64,000 bases of DNA from a virus. Made by a program: the position numbers and the translations under genes. A model generated the notes under the pieces. That model had not been told where the DNA came from. It was given only the letters and a program-made list of their open reading frames with translations, and made no database searches. The stretch lies in the IMG/VR virus record IMGVR_UViG_3300020152_000022; one strand, given 5' to 3'. Below, one piece after another: positions 9,631 through 18,332 of this stretch (position 1 is the first letter of the stretch; every line of letters begins with the position of its first letter).

Positions 9631-11541
9631 TTAAGCGAAGGCGACGTAGAGGAAGCTGCCGCCACTTGCATTGAGCGCGGCTGGAGCCGTCGAAGACAGT
9701 TCGAACCCTGCGGAATATGCGTCGACATAATCCGTCGACGTCACTTCGGCGGCTGTCGAATTCATCAAGAGATACGGATCATTGCCCGCGATGATGCCGC
9801 GCGTGCTGTCCCAGTAATACCAATCTCCGGTGCTATCGATGCGCTTGATCATCACGAAGCGAGCGCCAGCGGCAAAACCGCAGTTGATTTGGTTGACTGC
9901 GGCGTTTCCAGTGTAAGTTCCGATCTTCGACACACCGGGACAGGAGGCGAAGAGATAGGCGATGTAGGGAGAATTACTTCCGTTCACCGCAGTTTCGTTG
10001 TTTACGGTAAAGACCGCCTCGGTTGGAGTTACGTTATTCCAGTACATATTACTCAATATTGAGGCGGCAGTAGTGCTGAGATAAAGCGCTCTCGTGTTGT
10101 CTCCGTAATACACGGCCCAATTATCAGTGCTGACAAGTCTTTTTATAATCATTAAATCAGGCACGACGCCAAGATTGTGCGCTACGGCAGTAGCAGAACC
10201 CTGCCCGATGTAGCCCACAATATCTAGAAAGCCTTTTGCCTGCCTAAGGAAACAGTTGATATATGTGCTGCTTCCGGCATTTATAGTTGCATCAAGACCG
10301 AGTTGAACACCGTCCATATAAAAGGACTGAATTCTATCATTCTCAGTGGTTTCTGCCGCCGTGCTGGACGAACTCAATTGGGAAAGAGTTCCCCTAAGCG
10401 TGTCTTGCCAGTTCCACTCACTCGCAGCCGACCGCCTCTTGCTGATTGCAAGGTTTGGTTGGTTGGTAATCGACAGACCGGAAATAGTTGCGCTGCCTCC
10501 TGTCCCTGTTCTGGCATTGATCGCGAACACCTTCGTCGCATCCGTGGGCACGCGCATGTTGCCCTTGCGGATGGTCATGTAAACGTAGGTCGAACTACTC
10601 CCGTTAAATTCCGAGTTACTTGTCGTAAGATTAAATCCTGTGGCAGTTGGATTTATATACGCGCCTGTTGCGGGTTCCGCAGAACTTGTATTAGCAACCA
10701 GATAAGCATCGTTATTTAGCGTCATACCTCTCGCAGTATCAAATATATACCACGACCCGGTGCTGTTAGATCGCTTGATCAGAACGTATTGCGGTTCCCA
10801 GCCAAGATTAATAATTGGACCGGTCGCGCTGCCATTACCCGTGTAGGTTCCGCACTGAATAATCCCCTCGTCGCTATCGTCGTGGGCGAAGAGGTAGGCG
10901 ATGTAGGTGCCGCCGCTGGTGTTTACTGCTCCGCCCGTTCCGATTGAAAAGACGCTATCTGTTGCGCTTGTAGAGTTCCACCATGTTACACCTGCGGCTG
11001 CGGCAGCCGTCTCGTTCAAATTTAGATATTGCGCGTTTGATAATGAGCGATGATAGACCGCCCAATTATTGGTGTTGTCTACACGCTTGATCACTATCAT
11101 TCCCGGCACAACGCCAAGGCTATGCGGGATCGTTCGGTTGGCTCCGTTGCCCGTATAGGTCACGACGTCAAAGAAGCGCGGGGCCTTGCGGAAAGTCCAC
11201 GCCACATTGGTGGAGCCGCCTCCAGCGTTCAGATTGGAGCCTGAGCCAAGCGAGAAGCCATCCGAGTTAAAGGCGGTCAGCGTGGTTCCCAAAGTCCCTT
11301 GGGCGGAAGTAGCATCTGGGAGCAGATAGTTGGTTGCCCCTCGCTCCGTGTCGAGTAAGAGGGCGCTAATTGCGCCATTTCGGCGCTTGCCCCAAACGAG
11401 CCCGCCTTCGCCAGCGAGATCAATCCCGTTGACTATGTCGAGGTTCGCGCCTGTGCCCGTATAGGTATAGGCCGAGAAAACATCCTCGACATAAAGCGTT
11501 TCGTCAGAGGCTGTCAGGTGTTTGTCGATGACCGAGAACAT
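9631..11541 (-). CDS. Receptor-binding/tail fibre protein with tandem internal repeats
   Basis: Repeated YTG(N/T)G...G..P.(L/F)V.IKR....W...D..RG units; visibly AT-richer than flanks. Confidence 0.75.
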   Translation of the reverse strand: MFSVIDKHLTASDETLYVEDVFSAYTYTGTGANLDIVNGIDLAGEGGLVWGKRRNGAISALLLDTERGATNYLLPDATSAQGTLGTTLTAFNSDGFSLGSGSNLNAGGGSTNVAWTFRKAPRFFDVVTYTGNGANRTIPHSLGVVPGMIVIKRVDNTNNWAVYHRSLSNAQYLNLNETAAAAAGVTWWNSTSATDSVFSIGTGGAVNTSGGTYIAYLFAHDDSDEGIIQCGTYTGNGSATGPIINLGWEPQYVLIKRSNSTGSWYIFDTARGMTLNNDAYLVANTSSAEPATGAYINPTATGFNLTTSNSEFNGSSSTYVYMTIRKGNMRVPTDATKVFAINARTGTGGSATISGLSITNQPNLAISKRRSAASEWNWQDTLRGTLSQLSSSSTAAETTENDRIQSFYMDGVQLGLDATINAGSSTYINCFLRQAKGFLDIVGYIGQGSATAVAHNLGVVPDLMIIKRLVSTDNWAVYYGDNTRALYLSTTAASILSNMYWNNVTPTEAVFTVNNETAVNGSNSPYIAYLFASCPGVSKIGTYTGNAAVNQINCGFAAGARFVMIKRIDSTGDWYYWDSTRGIIAGNDPYLLMNSTAAEVTSTDYVDAYSAGFELSSTAPAALNASGGSFLYVAFA

Positions 11542-12779
11542 TAGAGATATACCTGACCGACAACGCGCGCGATCCAGTTCGTGCCGTCAGCGGTGAAGGC
11601 GAACATATCGGCCTTGCTCGCCGTGGCAGTCAGGGTCGGCGCAGTGGAGGACGGCCACTTGACTTCCGCAGGCCATGTCACGGTGCGTCCTCCCGTGCCG
11701 TCCTGAAGCTGGAGCAGGGTGAAGCTGCGGCCCACTGTTGCGGTCGGGAACGTGTAGGTGCAGTTGCCGGTCAGCGTCAGGATTTGCAGGCTTCCATTGG
11801 CGAGATCGATGGTCAGGGACGTTCCGGTATTGGCGGTGTAGGCTTCCTCGGTATAGCCATTGGTGAAGGTGCCAGCTTCGATGGTCTTGCCGGTCATGGT
11901 CAGGGTGTTGCTGGCGGTGGCCACCGTAACGCCTTCGATAGTCACCACTCCGGCGCTTGCGCGTGCGATGGTCGTATCGGAGGCATGGCCAAGATTGATG
12001 GCGGTAAATTGCGGGCTGTCGCCCGTGCCCAGTCCCAGCGACGTCCGGGCCGTGGCTCCGGTCTCGGCCACCCAAGTCGTGCCATTGCCGACAATGATGT
12101 TGCTGTCAGTCACTGACAAGGCGGCGATATCGGTCAGTCTGGCGCTATAGGCCTGAACGCTGGTGCCGATACCGGAGGCGAGAAGGACATTGCTGCCCTC
12201 GACAGCGATGACACCGGCAGAGACGCGGGTGATCGTGGTATCGGTGGCATGACCGAGATTGATCGCCGTGAACTGCGGGCTGTCGCCGGTTCCAAGGCCC
12301 AGCGAGGTCCGTGCGGTCGCGCCACTCTCGGCTACCCAAGTCGTGCCGTCGCCAACGATGATGTTACCATCGGTGACGGCAAGGCCTGCCAGCGTGTCGA
12401 GCCGGGCATTCCATGCCTGCACATCGGTGCCGATGACCAGATTGGCATTGGTCCGGAACTGGGCGTAGCTGATCTCCTTCGCCAGCTTGCCGGTCGTGCC
12501 ATCGAAGACCACAGGGTTATTGTCGGTCGCCGAGGATGGGCCGGTGATCTTGGCTGCCACATCGGCAGCGGAAGACACGCTGAGAAGCGTTCTGGCGGCG
12601 GCGGGGGTAAGTTCCTCCACTGCGCCCGTACTGGAAGAAGAGCGTCCGAGAATATATCCGGATGCCATGGTGATCGCTGAGCCGAGGTTCCAGCGCGATG
12701 GCGTGACCTTGCCAGCGGCGAGCGCCGCCGCATTGTCAGGAAGCGAGGATGTGAACTTGGGCGTGATCGTGATCGTCAT
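11541..12779 (-). CDS. Tail fibre protein with ~87 aa tandem duplication
   Basis: Two near-identical VQA..ARL...GTTWVAE.GATARTSLGLGTGDSPQFTAINLGHA repeats; C-term WP..VKW...TAP.LT. Confidence 0.8.
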   Translation of the reverse strand: MTITITPKFTSSLPDNAAALAAGKVTPSRWNLGSAITMASGYILGRSSSSTGAVEELTPAAARTLLSVSSAADVAAKITGPSSATDNNPVVFDGTTGKLAKEISYAQFRTNANLVIGTDVQAWNARLDTLAGLAVTDGNIIVGDGTTWVAESGATARTSLGLGTGDSPQFTAINLGHATDTTITRVSAGVIAVEGSNVLLASGIGTSVQAYSARLTDIAALSVTDSNIIVGNGTTWVAETGATARTSLGLGTGDSPQFTAINLGHASDTTIARASAGVVTIEGVTVATASNTLTMTGKTIEAGTFTNGYTEEAYTANTGTSLTIDLANGSLQILTLTGNCTYTFPTATVGRSFTLLQLQDGTGGRTVTWPAEVKWPSSTAPTLTATASKADMFAFTADGTNWIARVVGQVYL

Positions 12780-12952
12780 GCGGTCAGCGGCGTCCAGACA
12801 ATGGAAGTTGGTTCTTCTTCGTTCAGCCAGACATCAGTCTGGAAAGCGTCTTCCTGAAAGGCATCTTTCTGGAAAGCGCCGATATATGTGTCTTCGGCGT
12901 TATAGGGTGTCCATGTGATCGATGATGGGACCGGGAGCGGGGTCCAAGGCAT
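12776..12952 (-). CDS. Small virion-module peptide with AFQxD repeats (58 aa, not in ORF track)
   Basis: Manual translation MPWTPLPVPSSITWTPYNAEDTYIGAFQKDAFQEDAFQTDVWLNEEEPTSIVWTPLTA; start and stop overlap both neighbours. Confidence 0.7.
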   Translation of the reverse strand: MPWTPLPVPSSITWTPYNAEDTYIGAFQKDAFQEDAFQTDVWLNEEEPTSIVWTPLTA

Positions 12953-13380
12953 CAGGAAATCCTCATGATTGCGCTATCGGCGCTTGCTTGCGGGAAGACG
13001 ATGGTGAAGGGAGCCGCCGCCACCGTGCGGTCGGAGCCGAAATCCAGCACCATCACTGCCCGGTTTGCATTGGTTGAATTGTAGATCAGGGCACCGCGCG
13101 CGGTGAACGATGCATCGGCCCAACTGACATCGGCAAAATCGACAATGGCTGTCGAGCCCGAGAGCACCGGAGAGACGCAAGTCAGGGTCGCACCACCTGC
13201 CGTATAGCCGCTGCCGCTGACTTCATTGGCCGCCGAATAAGCGGTGGTCGATGCGCCCAGCGTGGCCGACGACGTATAAAGCGCGATCTTGAACGCGTCG
13301 CCAGTGCTCGCGTCGAAGTTGTGCAGTCCCGACGCCAGTTCCGCCTTGAACGATGCGCAGAGCGCTTGCGTGATCGCCAT
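12952..13380 (-). CDS. Conserved virion/tail-associated protein
   Basis: MAITQALCASFKAEL..G.HNF...FKIALYTSSATL..TTAYS..NEVSG.GYTAGG. Confidence 0.7.
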   Translation of the reverse strand: MAITQALCASFKAELASGLHNFDASTGDAFKIALYTSSATLGASTTAYSAANEVSGSGYTAGGATLTCVSPVLSGSTAIVDFADVSWADASFTARGALIYNSTNANRAVMVLDFGSDRTVAAAPFTIVFPQASADSAIMRIS

Positions 13381-13604
13381 CAGAAATCCTGTCTCATCTG
13401 CTCACGAAGCCGGTTGCGTTCGGCGAGTTGGATGGCAAGCACGCTTTCGGTGATCGTCTGGCGGATACCATCGGGGATATCGATGCCGCAGCTATCGGCG
13501 ATCTTCTTGACCCGCTTCATGATGTTTTCGACATAGTCCTCTGCGGTCTGGTCGAGGATGTTGGTGGTGATCACAGAGACATTGCCGATCTTGATCTCTG
13601 TCAT
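13380..13604 (-). CDS. Hypothetical protein
   Basis: Coupled ORF in structural operon. Confidence 0.55.
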   Translation of the reverse strand: MTEIKIGNVSVITTNILDQTAEDYVENIMKRVKKIADSCGIDIPDGIRQTITESVLAIQLAERNRLREQMRQDF

Positions 13605-14239
13605 GTCGGTATCCTCCGGTCAGCCTGACGATAGACGTCCTTCCGGTTGCGTCCTTCGGCGAGTATCTTGAGCGCGGCCAAGGCTGTCTGATACTGTTCC
13701 TTATACTGGGCGAACACATCCTGATCGCCCTTGGAATAGATGTAGCCCTGAAGCAGGGTGCCGAAGAGAAGAGCATTCTCGGCATTGGTGGAGAGCCATG
13801 TCGTACCGCTGTCCGCTCCGGCTGTGATCGATGCAGGCTCGTAGAAGTAGTTTAGCTCGACCTGATAATTGCTGTCCGGGGTCGGGGCGAGAATGATGTT
13901 GGCATCGTTATAGATGGCGTAAAAGCGGGGAACGCCGCCATCGGTCACGACCGGATAGGCCTCGCGGATGAAGCTATGGTCCTTTGACATCAGCATCTGC
14001 ATCTCGCCGCCGAGCACCACGCCCAGCGAATAGGGCGACAGGAAATCGGTCGGCATCGGCAGGAACTGGTCGTTCGTGACGCAGTTGGCTGTAGCGGTCT
14101 GCATCAGGTCGGGAAGCTGGACCTGACGAAAGATATCTTCCTCGGCAGCGCGGATCATTGTGGGCAAATTGTCCACAAAGCTCGTTTCCGAGTTCTCCAG
14201 ATATTGCTGCGCCAGCGTCTTCAGGGTGCCATAGTTCAT
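13601..14239 (-). CDS. Head-tail adaptor / tail tubular protein A-like
   Basis: MNY..LK...QQY.EN..F...P..I..AE..I; G.PRFYA; LAPTPD.NY.VEL.Y.Y.P.S. Confidence 0.7.
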   Translation of the reverse strand: MNYGTLKTLAQQYLENSETSFVDNLPTMIRAAEEDIFRQVQLPDLMQTATANCVTNDQFLPMPTDFLSPYSLGVVLGGEMQMLMSKDHSFIREAYPVVTDGGVPRFYAIYNDANIILAPTPDSNYQVELNYFYEPASITAGADSGTTWLSTNAENALLFGTLLQGYIYSKGDQDVFAQYKEQYQTALAALKILAEGRNRKDVYRQADRRIPT

Positions 14240-14550
14240 GTCGTCGTTACCGTTACCCGGCCAATCTCAACAGAAGCCGTGGATGTGAGGGGCGTGCCGA
14301 CCGGGTTCCAAGCGAACATCGCGCGCGAGGCTGCGAGTTCTGCGAGATCGGATCGGCTATTGGGGACGCTTTGCTTGTCGTCGGTCCTGACCCCGCGCGT
14401 ATCAAGCTGGGGATGGGCCGGGTCCAAGCATTTCGGGCAAACGCGAAGGCCGGTGGAGCGGCCCAGCAGGAACTCGAACTTGAGCTTATTGAGGGGGTAG
14501 CGCTGCGCGCAGCGGTCGCAGATGCCGGGAACGGGTTTGATGTAGGCCAT
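14236..14550 (-). CDS. Small Cys-motif protein of head-tail module
   Basis: CDRC and CPKC pairs, DP.HPQL. Confidence 0.65.
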   Translation of the reverse strand: MAYIKPVPGICDRCAQRYPLNKLKFEFLLGRSTGLRVCPKCLDPAHPQLDTRGVRTDDKQSVPNSRSDLAELAASRAMFAWNPVGTPLTSTASVEIGRVTVTTT

Positions 14551-15224
14551 CAGTACCTCGTCAGATCGGGCACCATCTTGAACGGGGCGCGTTCACGGTC
14601 TTCTTCCTCGGCCAGCGTGAACTGGCGGTCATATTCGCCCTTGAGGAAGGCTGCCTTCTGTTCGGCTCCCGGTGTCTTCAATGCCAAGTGATAGGCAAGG
14701 CCGGAGGTGAGCGCGGGCAGGAAGCGGGTCGGGATATCCATCGTGTTGCCATAGACACCAGCATCCTCGATTGCGCGCAGGCCGTAGAAGACGAAGGTTC
14801 CGGCATCGACGGGGATCGGCCAGATATAGGCGACAGGGGCAATCAGGCGCTGGACCCAGAACTGGGTTGGCTGGCCGGTCTGGTTCTTGTTGGCCATCTG
14901 CGCATAGTCAACCATGGAGATGCGCGTCATGATCAGGTCGGTCTGGCTGATGCCCGTGCCGGTGCGCCACATCGCATCAAGCACATCGATGCAGTCAGTG
15001 GGCAAAGTGACCGTTGCCGAGCCTGCCGTCACCGCGATCTGGCTTTCCCGGATCGTCCAGAAATTGATGCCGCGATTACCCCATTCCCGCATCATCAAAT
15101 TGAGCGAGCGGCGCGCGGTCTTCATCTCATAGCCGGATCGCATCTCGATGCCGACCATCTCGTAGGCTTCCTCGATCACATCATAGAGGTCGAGGTTGAA
15201 GGCAGTGGTGCCGGATGAAGCCAT
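14550..15224 (-). CDS. Head-tail connector/adaptor protein
   Basis: MASSGTTAFNLD..DVIEEAYE..G...RSGY...TARRSLNL...EW.NRG.N.W. Confidence 0.75.
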   Translation of the reverse strand: MASSGTTAFNLDLYDVIEEAYEMVGIEMRSGYEMKTARRSLNLMMREWGNRGINFWTIRESQIAVTAGSATVTLPTDCIDVLDAMWRTGTGISQTDLIMTRISMVDYAQMANKNQTGQPTQFWVQRLIAPVAYIWPIPVDAGTFVFYGLRAIEDAGVYGNTMDIPTRFLPALTSGLAYHLALKTPGAEQKAAFLKGEYDRQFTLAEEEDRERAPFKMVPDLTRY

Positions 15225-15520
15225 CAGAAAGCCCTCGGCGGAATGAAAATGCAGAACACCTTGGCACCATCGACCCCGCCTTCGGTGCAGAGGTGATACT
15301 TGCCATCAAGGCTGTCCTTGGCCTTGTAGCTCTTGTAGGAGATCATCTCCTGTGACTTCTCGACATAATAGCCGCCCGGCACTTCCCTGATCTCGCTCTC
15401 CTTGACCTCGCGGCAATCGATCGATGAGCAGCATTCCGGTGGATAGGTCCAGCCGGAAGGCGCGTCATGGGCGAATGCAGACGATGCCAGAAGCGTGAGG
15501 GGAAGTGCGAGGCGGACCAT
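15224..15520 (-). CDS. Secreted Cys-rich protein with signal peptide
   Basis: Hydrophobic N-term ending AFA-HD; CC..DC, H.C and C motifs. Confidence 0.65.
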   Translation of the reverse strand: MVRLALPLTLLASSAFAHDAPSGWTYPPECCSSIDCREVKESEIREVPGGYYVEKSQEMISYKSYKAKDSLDGKYHLCTEGGVDGAKVFCIFIPPRAF

Positions 15521-15772
15521 TTAGTAGAGCGCCACGATATCGTCAGCCGTGGTGCCGGTGGCGTTCACACGCACCGGACCCGTCTTGAGATAGCCGACTG
15601 GCACTGACGAGAAGGTCACTGCCGTTCCATCGGCACCAACCAGAGACAGGTCGCCCGTGGTCCCGATATAGAGACCACGGCAACCCGCAGGGAGATTGTC
15701 ATCGTCGGATGGCGTAACCGCCACCCACATGCGTGCAGGCGCATTTTGCGCTGCGTAATGACCACCAGCCAT
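15521..15772 (-). CDS. Head spike base protein (RcGTA Rcc01079-like)
   Basis: AVTPSD..L...RGLYIG..GDL.L....G..VTF..V..G......RV.ATGTTA..IVAL. Confidence 0.7.
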   Translation of the reverse strand: MAGGHYAAQNAPARMWVAVTPSDDDNLPAGCRGLYIGTTGDLSLVGADGTAVTFSSVPVGYLKTGPVRVNATGTTADDIVALY

Positions 15773-15784
15773 CTTGGCCTCCTA

Positions 15785-16267
15785 TTATGCGTAAACCGTG
15801 TAGGCCTCGGCACCGGAGGTGACGTTGGTGAGGCGGAAGATCAGGCGCTTGGACGTGTTCTGACCGAATGCCGTGGTGACATTGGTGTTGCCAGCCGTGC
15901 CGCCCGTACCGGCAGCCAGCGTGATGGTCTCGGCGGCATCAGCCGTGTTGACGATCAGCGTTTCGAAGCTCAGGCCCACAAACGCCTTGCCGTCCTTGGC
16001 CGTCGCCGAAGGGCCACCAAGGGCAGCGACCAGAAGGGCTGCGGTGGGGAGCGTGTCGGTGCGGTTGGAGCCAGCGGGGTCGCGCGCGAGAATGCCATTG
16101 AGAAGCATGGCAGAGGTGATCGTGAGGTTGCCTGCGGTCGCGTCCGTGGTCGGAGCGGGACGGGCGGTGAGCATCACCTGATTGGAAGCGCCCGTGCTGT
16201 CGACTGCGCCAATGAAGCCATTGGTCGAAACAACGGGACCGGAGAAATGCGTAGCGGCCATGATCAT
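15785..16267 (-). CDS. Capsid decoration/minor head protein
   Basis: THFSGPVVS.NGF N-terminus, directly downstream of major capsid gene. Confidence 0.55.
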   Translation of the reverse strand: MIMAATHFSGPVVSTNGFIGAVDSTGASNQVMLTARPAPTTDATAGNLTITSAMLLNGILARDPAGSNRTDTLPTAALLVAALGGPSATAKDGKAFVGLSFETLIVNTADAAETITLAAGTGGTAGNTNVTTAFGQNTSKRLIFRLTNVTSGAEAYTVYA

Positions 16268-16320
16268 TCACCTTTCAGGATTTTACCGTGGCTCGAAGCC
16301 TGCGGCGATCAGTGGATAAG

Positions 16321-16346
16321 AAGAAAGGGGCCGGTTTCCCGGCCCC
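16321..16346 (-). terminator. Intrinsic terminator after major capsid gene
   Basis: GGGGCCGG/CCGGCCCC stem followed by TTTCTT on minus strand. Confidence 0.7.
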
Positions 16347-16354
16347 CGTATGGG

Positions 16355-17263
16355 TTAGGCACCTGCCGAACCGTAGATCGCCAGCGGGTCGGACCAGCCG
16401 AACGAATAACGTTCGCGGCTCTTGTAGCGGGCGTTGCCGGTGTCGAAGTCGGTGTCCATCGCGGTCTTGAGCGGAGCACGAACGAAGTGCTTCAGACCGT
16501 TGGGAACGTCCGTCATCAGGAACCACGCATCCGGGTCGGTGAGCCAGTGGTTGACAGTGTAACCACCAGACAGCGAGCCCATGCTCTTCATCGCGTTGAT
16601 ATCGTTGTCCGCCGTACCAACACGCTTTTCAGTCATGAGGATACGGGTCGCTTCGAACTCAAGGTTGCGAGGAATGAGCAGTTTGCTCGGGCGTGCCGCG
16701 ATCAGGAGGCCACGGTCATCCGTCCAGCCGCCGATATCGATGATCGCGTTTTCAAGCGCGGTCTCATTGAGATCGGATGCCACCGAAGGGATGTTGGAGT
16801 TGGTGCCGCCGCCGACCAAGGGGTGGGCGTTCGAGCAGAGCGCAACACCGTCACCGCCCAGATACGAGCCGGAGAAAGCGTTGTTGATGATCGAAGCTGC
16901 CTTGACCTGCTTGGTGTAGGCCATCGCACGGGCCAGCGCCTTGGTGTAGCGAGCCGAAAGCTGATCGTAGAGATTGTCTTCGATTGCTTCTTCGGTGATC
17001 GCGAAACCCATGGCAATGGTTTCGTGCGTATAGCGGGAGGTGAAGCTTTCCTGCGCAGTGTCGTAGGAAATCGCCTGACCTTCCAGCTTGGTCGGGGCTG
17101 CGCCGAAACCGCTGATCTTCTGCTCTTCTTCGAACGAACGGTCGGAGGTCTCCGTGGAGAAGATCGCCGAGTGCTCTTCCGGATAGCGAGCATATTCCAG
17201 ACCGAACAGCTTGTTCAGACCGGGCAGCAGTTCCTTGAAGAGTTGGGCTCTTGAAATAGCCAT
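16355..17263 (-). CDS. Major capsid protein
   Basis: MAISRAQL.KELLPGLN.LFG.EY; HETIAMGFAITEEA.EDNLY; DFDTGNARYK.RERYSFGWSDP. Confidence 0.9.
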   Translation of the reverse strand: MAISRAQLFKELLPGLNKLFGLEYARYPEEHSAIFSTETSDRSFEEEQKISGFGAAPTKLEGQAISYDTAQESFTSRYTHETIAMGFAITEEAIEDNLYDQLSARYTKALARAMAYTKQVKAASIINNAFSGSYLGGDGVALCSNAHPLVGGGTNSNIPSVASDLNETALENAIIDIGGWTDDRGLLIAARPSKLLIPRNLEFEATRILMTEKRVGTADNDINAMKSMGSLSGGYTVNHWLTDPDAWFLMTDVPNGLKHFVRAPLKTAMDTDFDTGNARYKSRERYSFGWSDPLAIYGSAGA

Positions 17264-17277
17264 CTAAAAGCCCCCTA

Positions 17278-17859
17278 TCAGGATGCCGCGTTACCGGTGG
17301 TCGACCGGCTAACGTGGGTGTTGAAGCGAACAAGCACATCCGTGTAGGCATCGCCCATCACCGAGAAGCCGGGGATGTTGATGAAGCCGACGATGCGAAC
17401 CGGCAGGGTTGCCGTTGCAGCGATGGTGCCTGCGTTGAGGGATACACCCGAACGACCCAAGGTCAGGCTGCCCGAACCCTGAACCAGAGCAGCGTTGGTG
17501 TTCAACGCATTCTGGCCGAGAGTGCCGTTTGCCTGAATTTGGAAGATCGCGTCCGGATCATCCAGAACATAGCCCATGGCGTCCGACGCTACGGTCGAAG
17601 CGGCCCACTGAGCCTTGTTGACGAAACCGAAAGAACCGTCGGTATAGGCACAGCCCATAAAGACGCCAATCGGGGTGCAGGCCGTCGTGCCAGTGTCCTT
17701 TTCAAGGGTGCCACCAACAGCCAGCTTCACGACGTCTCCAACCTTGAGATCGGTGGCATAGCCAGACGCGATCTTGTACTGATTGAAGCCGTGACGCTGA
17801 TTGGTTTCACCAAGGCGCTTGGCAAGACGAAGGCCATATGGCGTCGCAGTAGATGCCAT
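17278..17859 (-). CDS. Capsid cement/decoration protein
   Basis: PYGLR..; IASGYAT....GDVV; DDPDAIFQIQ, upstream of capsid gene. Confidence 0.65.
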   Translation of the reverse strand: MASTATPYGLRLAKRLGETNQRHGFNQYKIASGYATDLKVGDVVKLAVGGTLEKDTGTTACTPIGVFMGCAYTDGSFGFVNKAQWAASTVASDAMGYVLDDPDAIFQIQANGTLGQNALNTNAALVQGSGSLTLGRSGVSLNAGTIAATATLPVRIVGFINIPGFSVMGDAYTDVLVRFNTHVSRSTTGNAAS

Positions 17860-17894
17860 CTTAGTCTCCGAAATTTGGGGGAAGGGAAGAGAGG

Positions 17895-18332
17895 TTATTC
17901 CTCTCCGAAGGATGTGCGCGTGCGACGCTCAGGCTTGAGCTTCGGCATGCGATGGTCACTCTCGCGCATGTAGTCTTGATCTACTGCGTTCATCTGCGTT
18001 TGCGCCACGCCCTCATAATGGGCCTGACGTTGTTTGACCGTTTCGGTATCATTGCGGCAAAGCAAGAGACCACCGATCTCAACCCCGTCCGAGAAACGGG
18101 AGCCAATATCAGACTGGGCATGAAGCTCAGGATGATCCTTGGCATTGACTGGAACCCAGCCCTCGCGGAAGCGCTTGGACACATTCTGGGTATCGGCGTT
18201 GCCGCGCGAACCCACCCTGATCCAGCGATAGGAGACCCCGTCCTGCTTGTCCGGGGTCGGAAGGAGAGACGCGGGTTTCCAAGCTGTCTTGCGCTTGTTC
18301 GCATCGCGTGTTTCGAGGTTACGATTTACCAT
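17895..18332 (-). CDS. Conserved head-module protein
   Basis: W.P.S.LP.P....G..YRWIR; N.SKRFREGW.PV; IGGLLLC; RBS GGAG before MVNRN. Confidence 0.7.
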   Translation of the reverse strand: MVNRNLETRDANKRKTAWKPASLLPTPDKQDGVSYRWIRVGSRGNADTQNVSKRFREGWVPVNAKDHPELHAQSDIGSRFSDGVEIGGLLLCRNDTETVKQRQAHYEGVAQTQMNAVDQDYMRESDHRMPKLKPERRTRTSFGEE

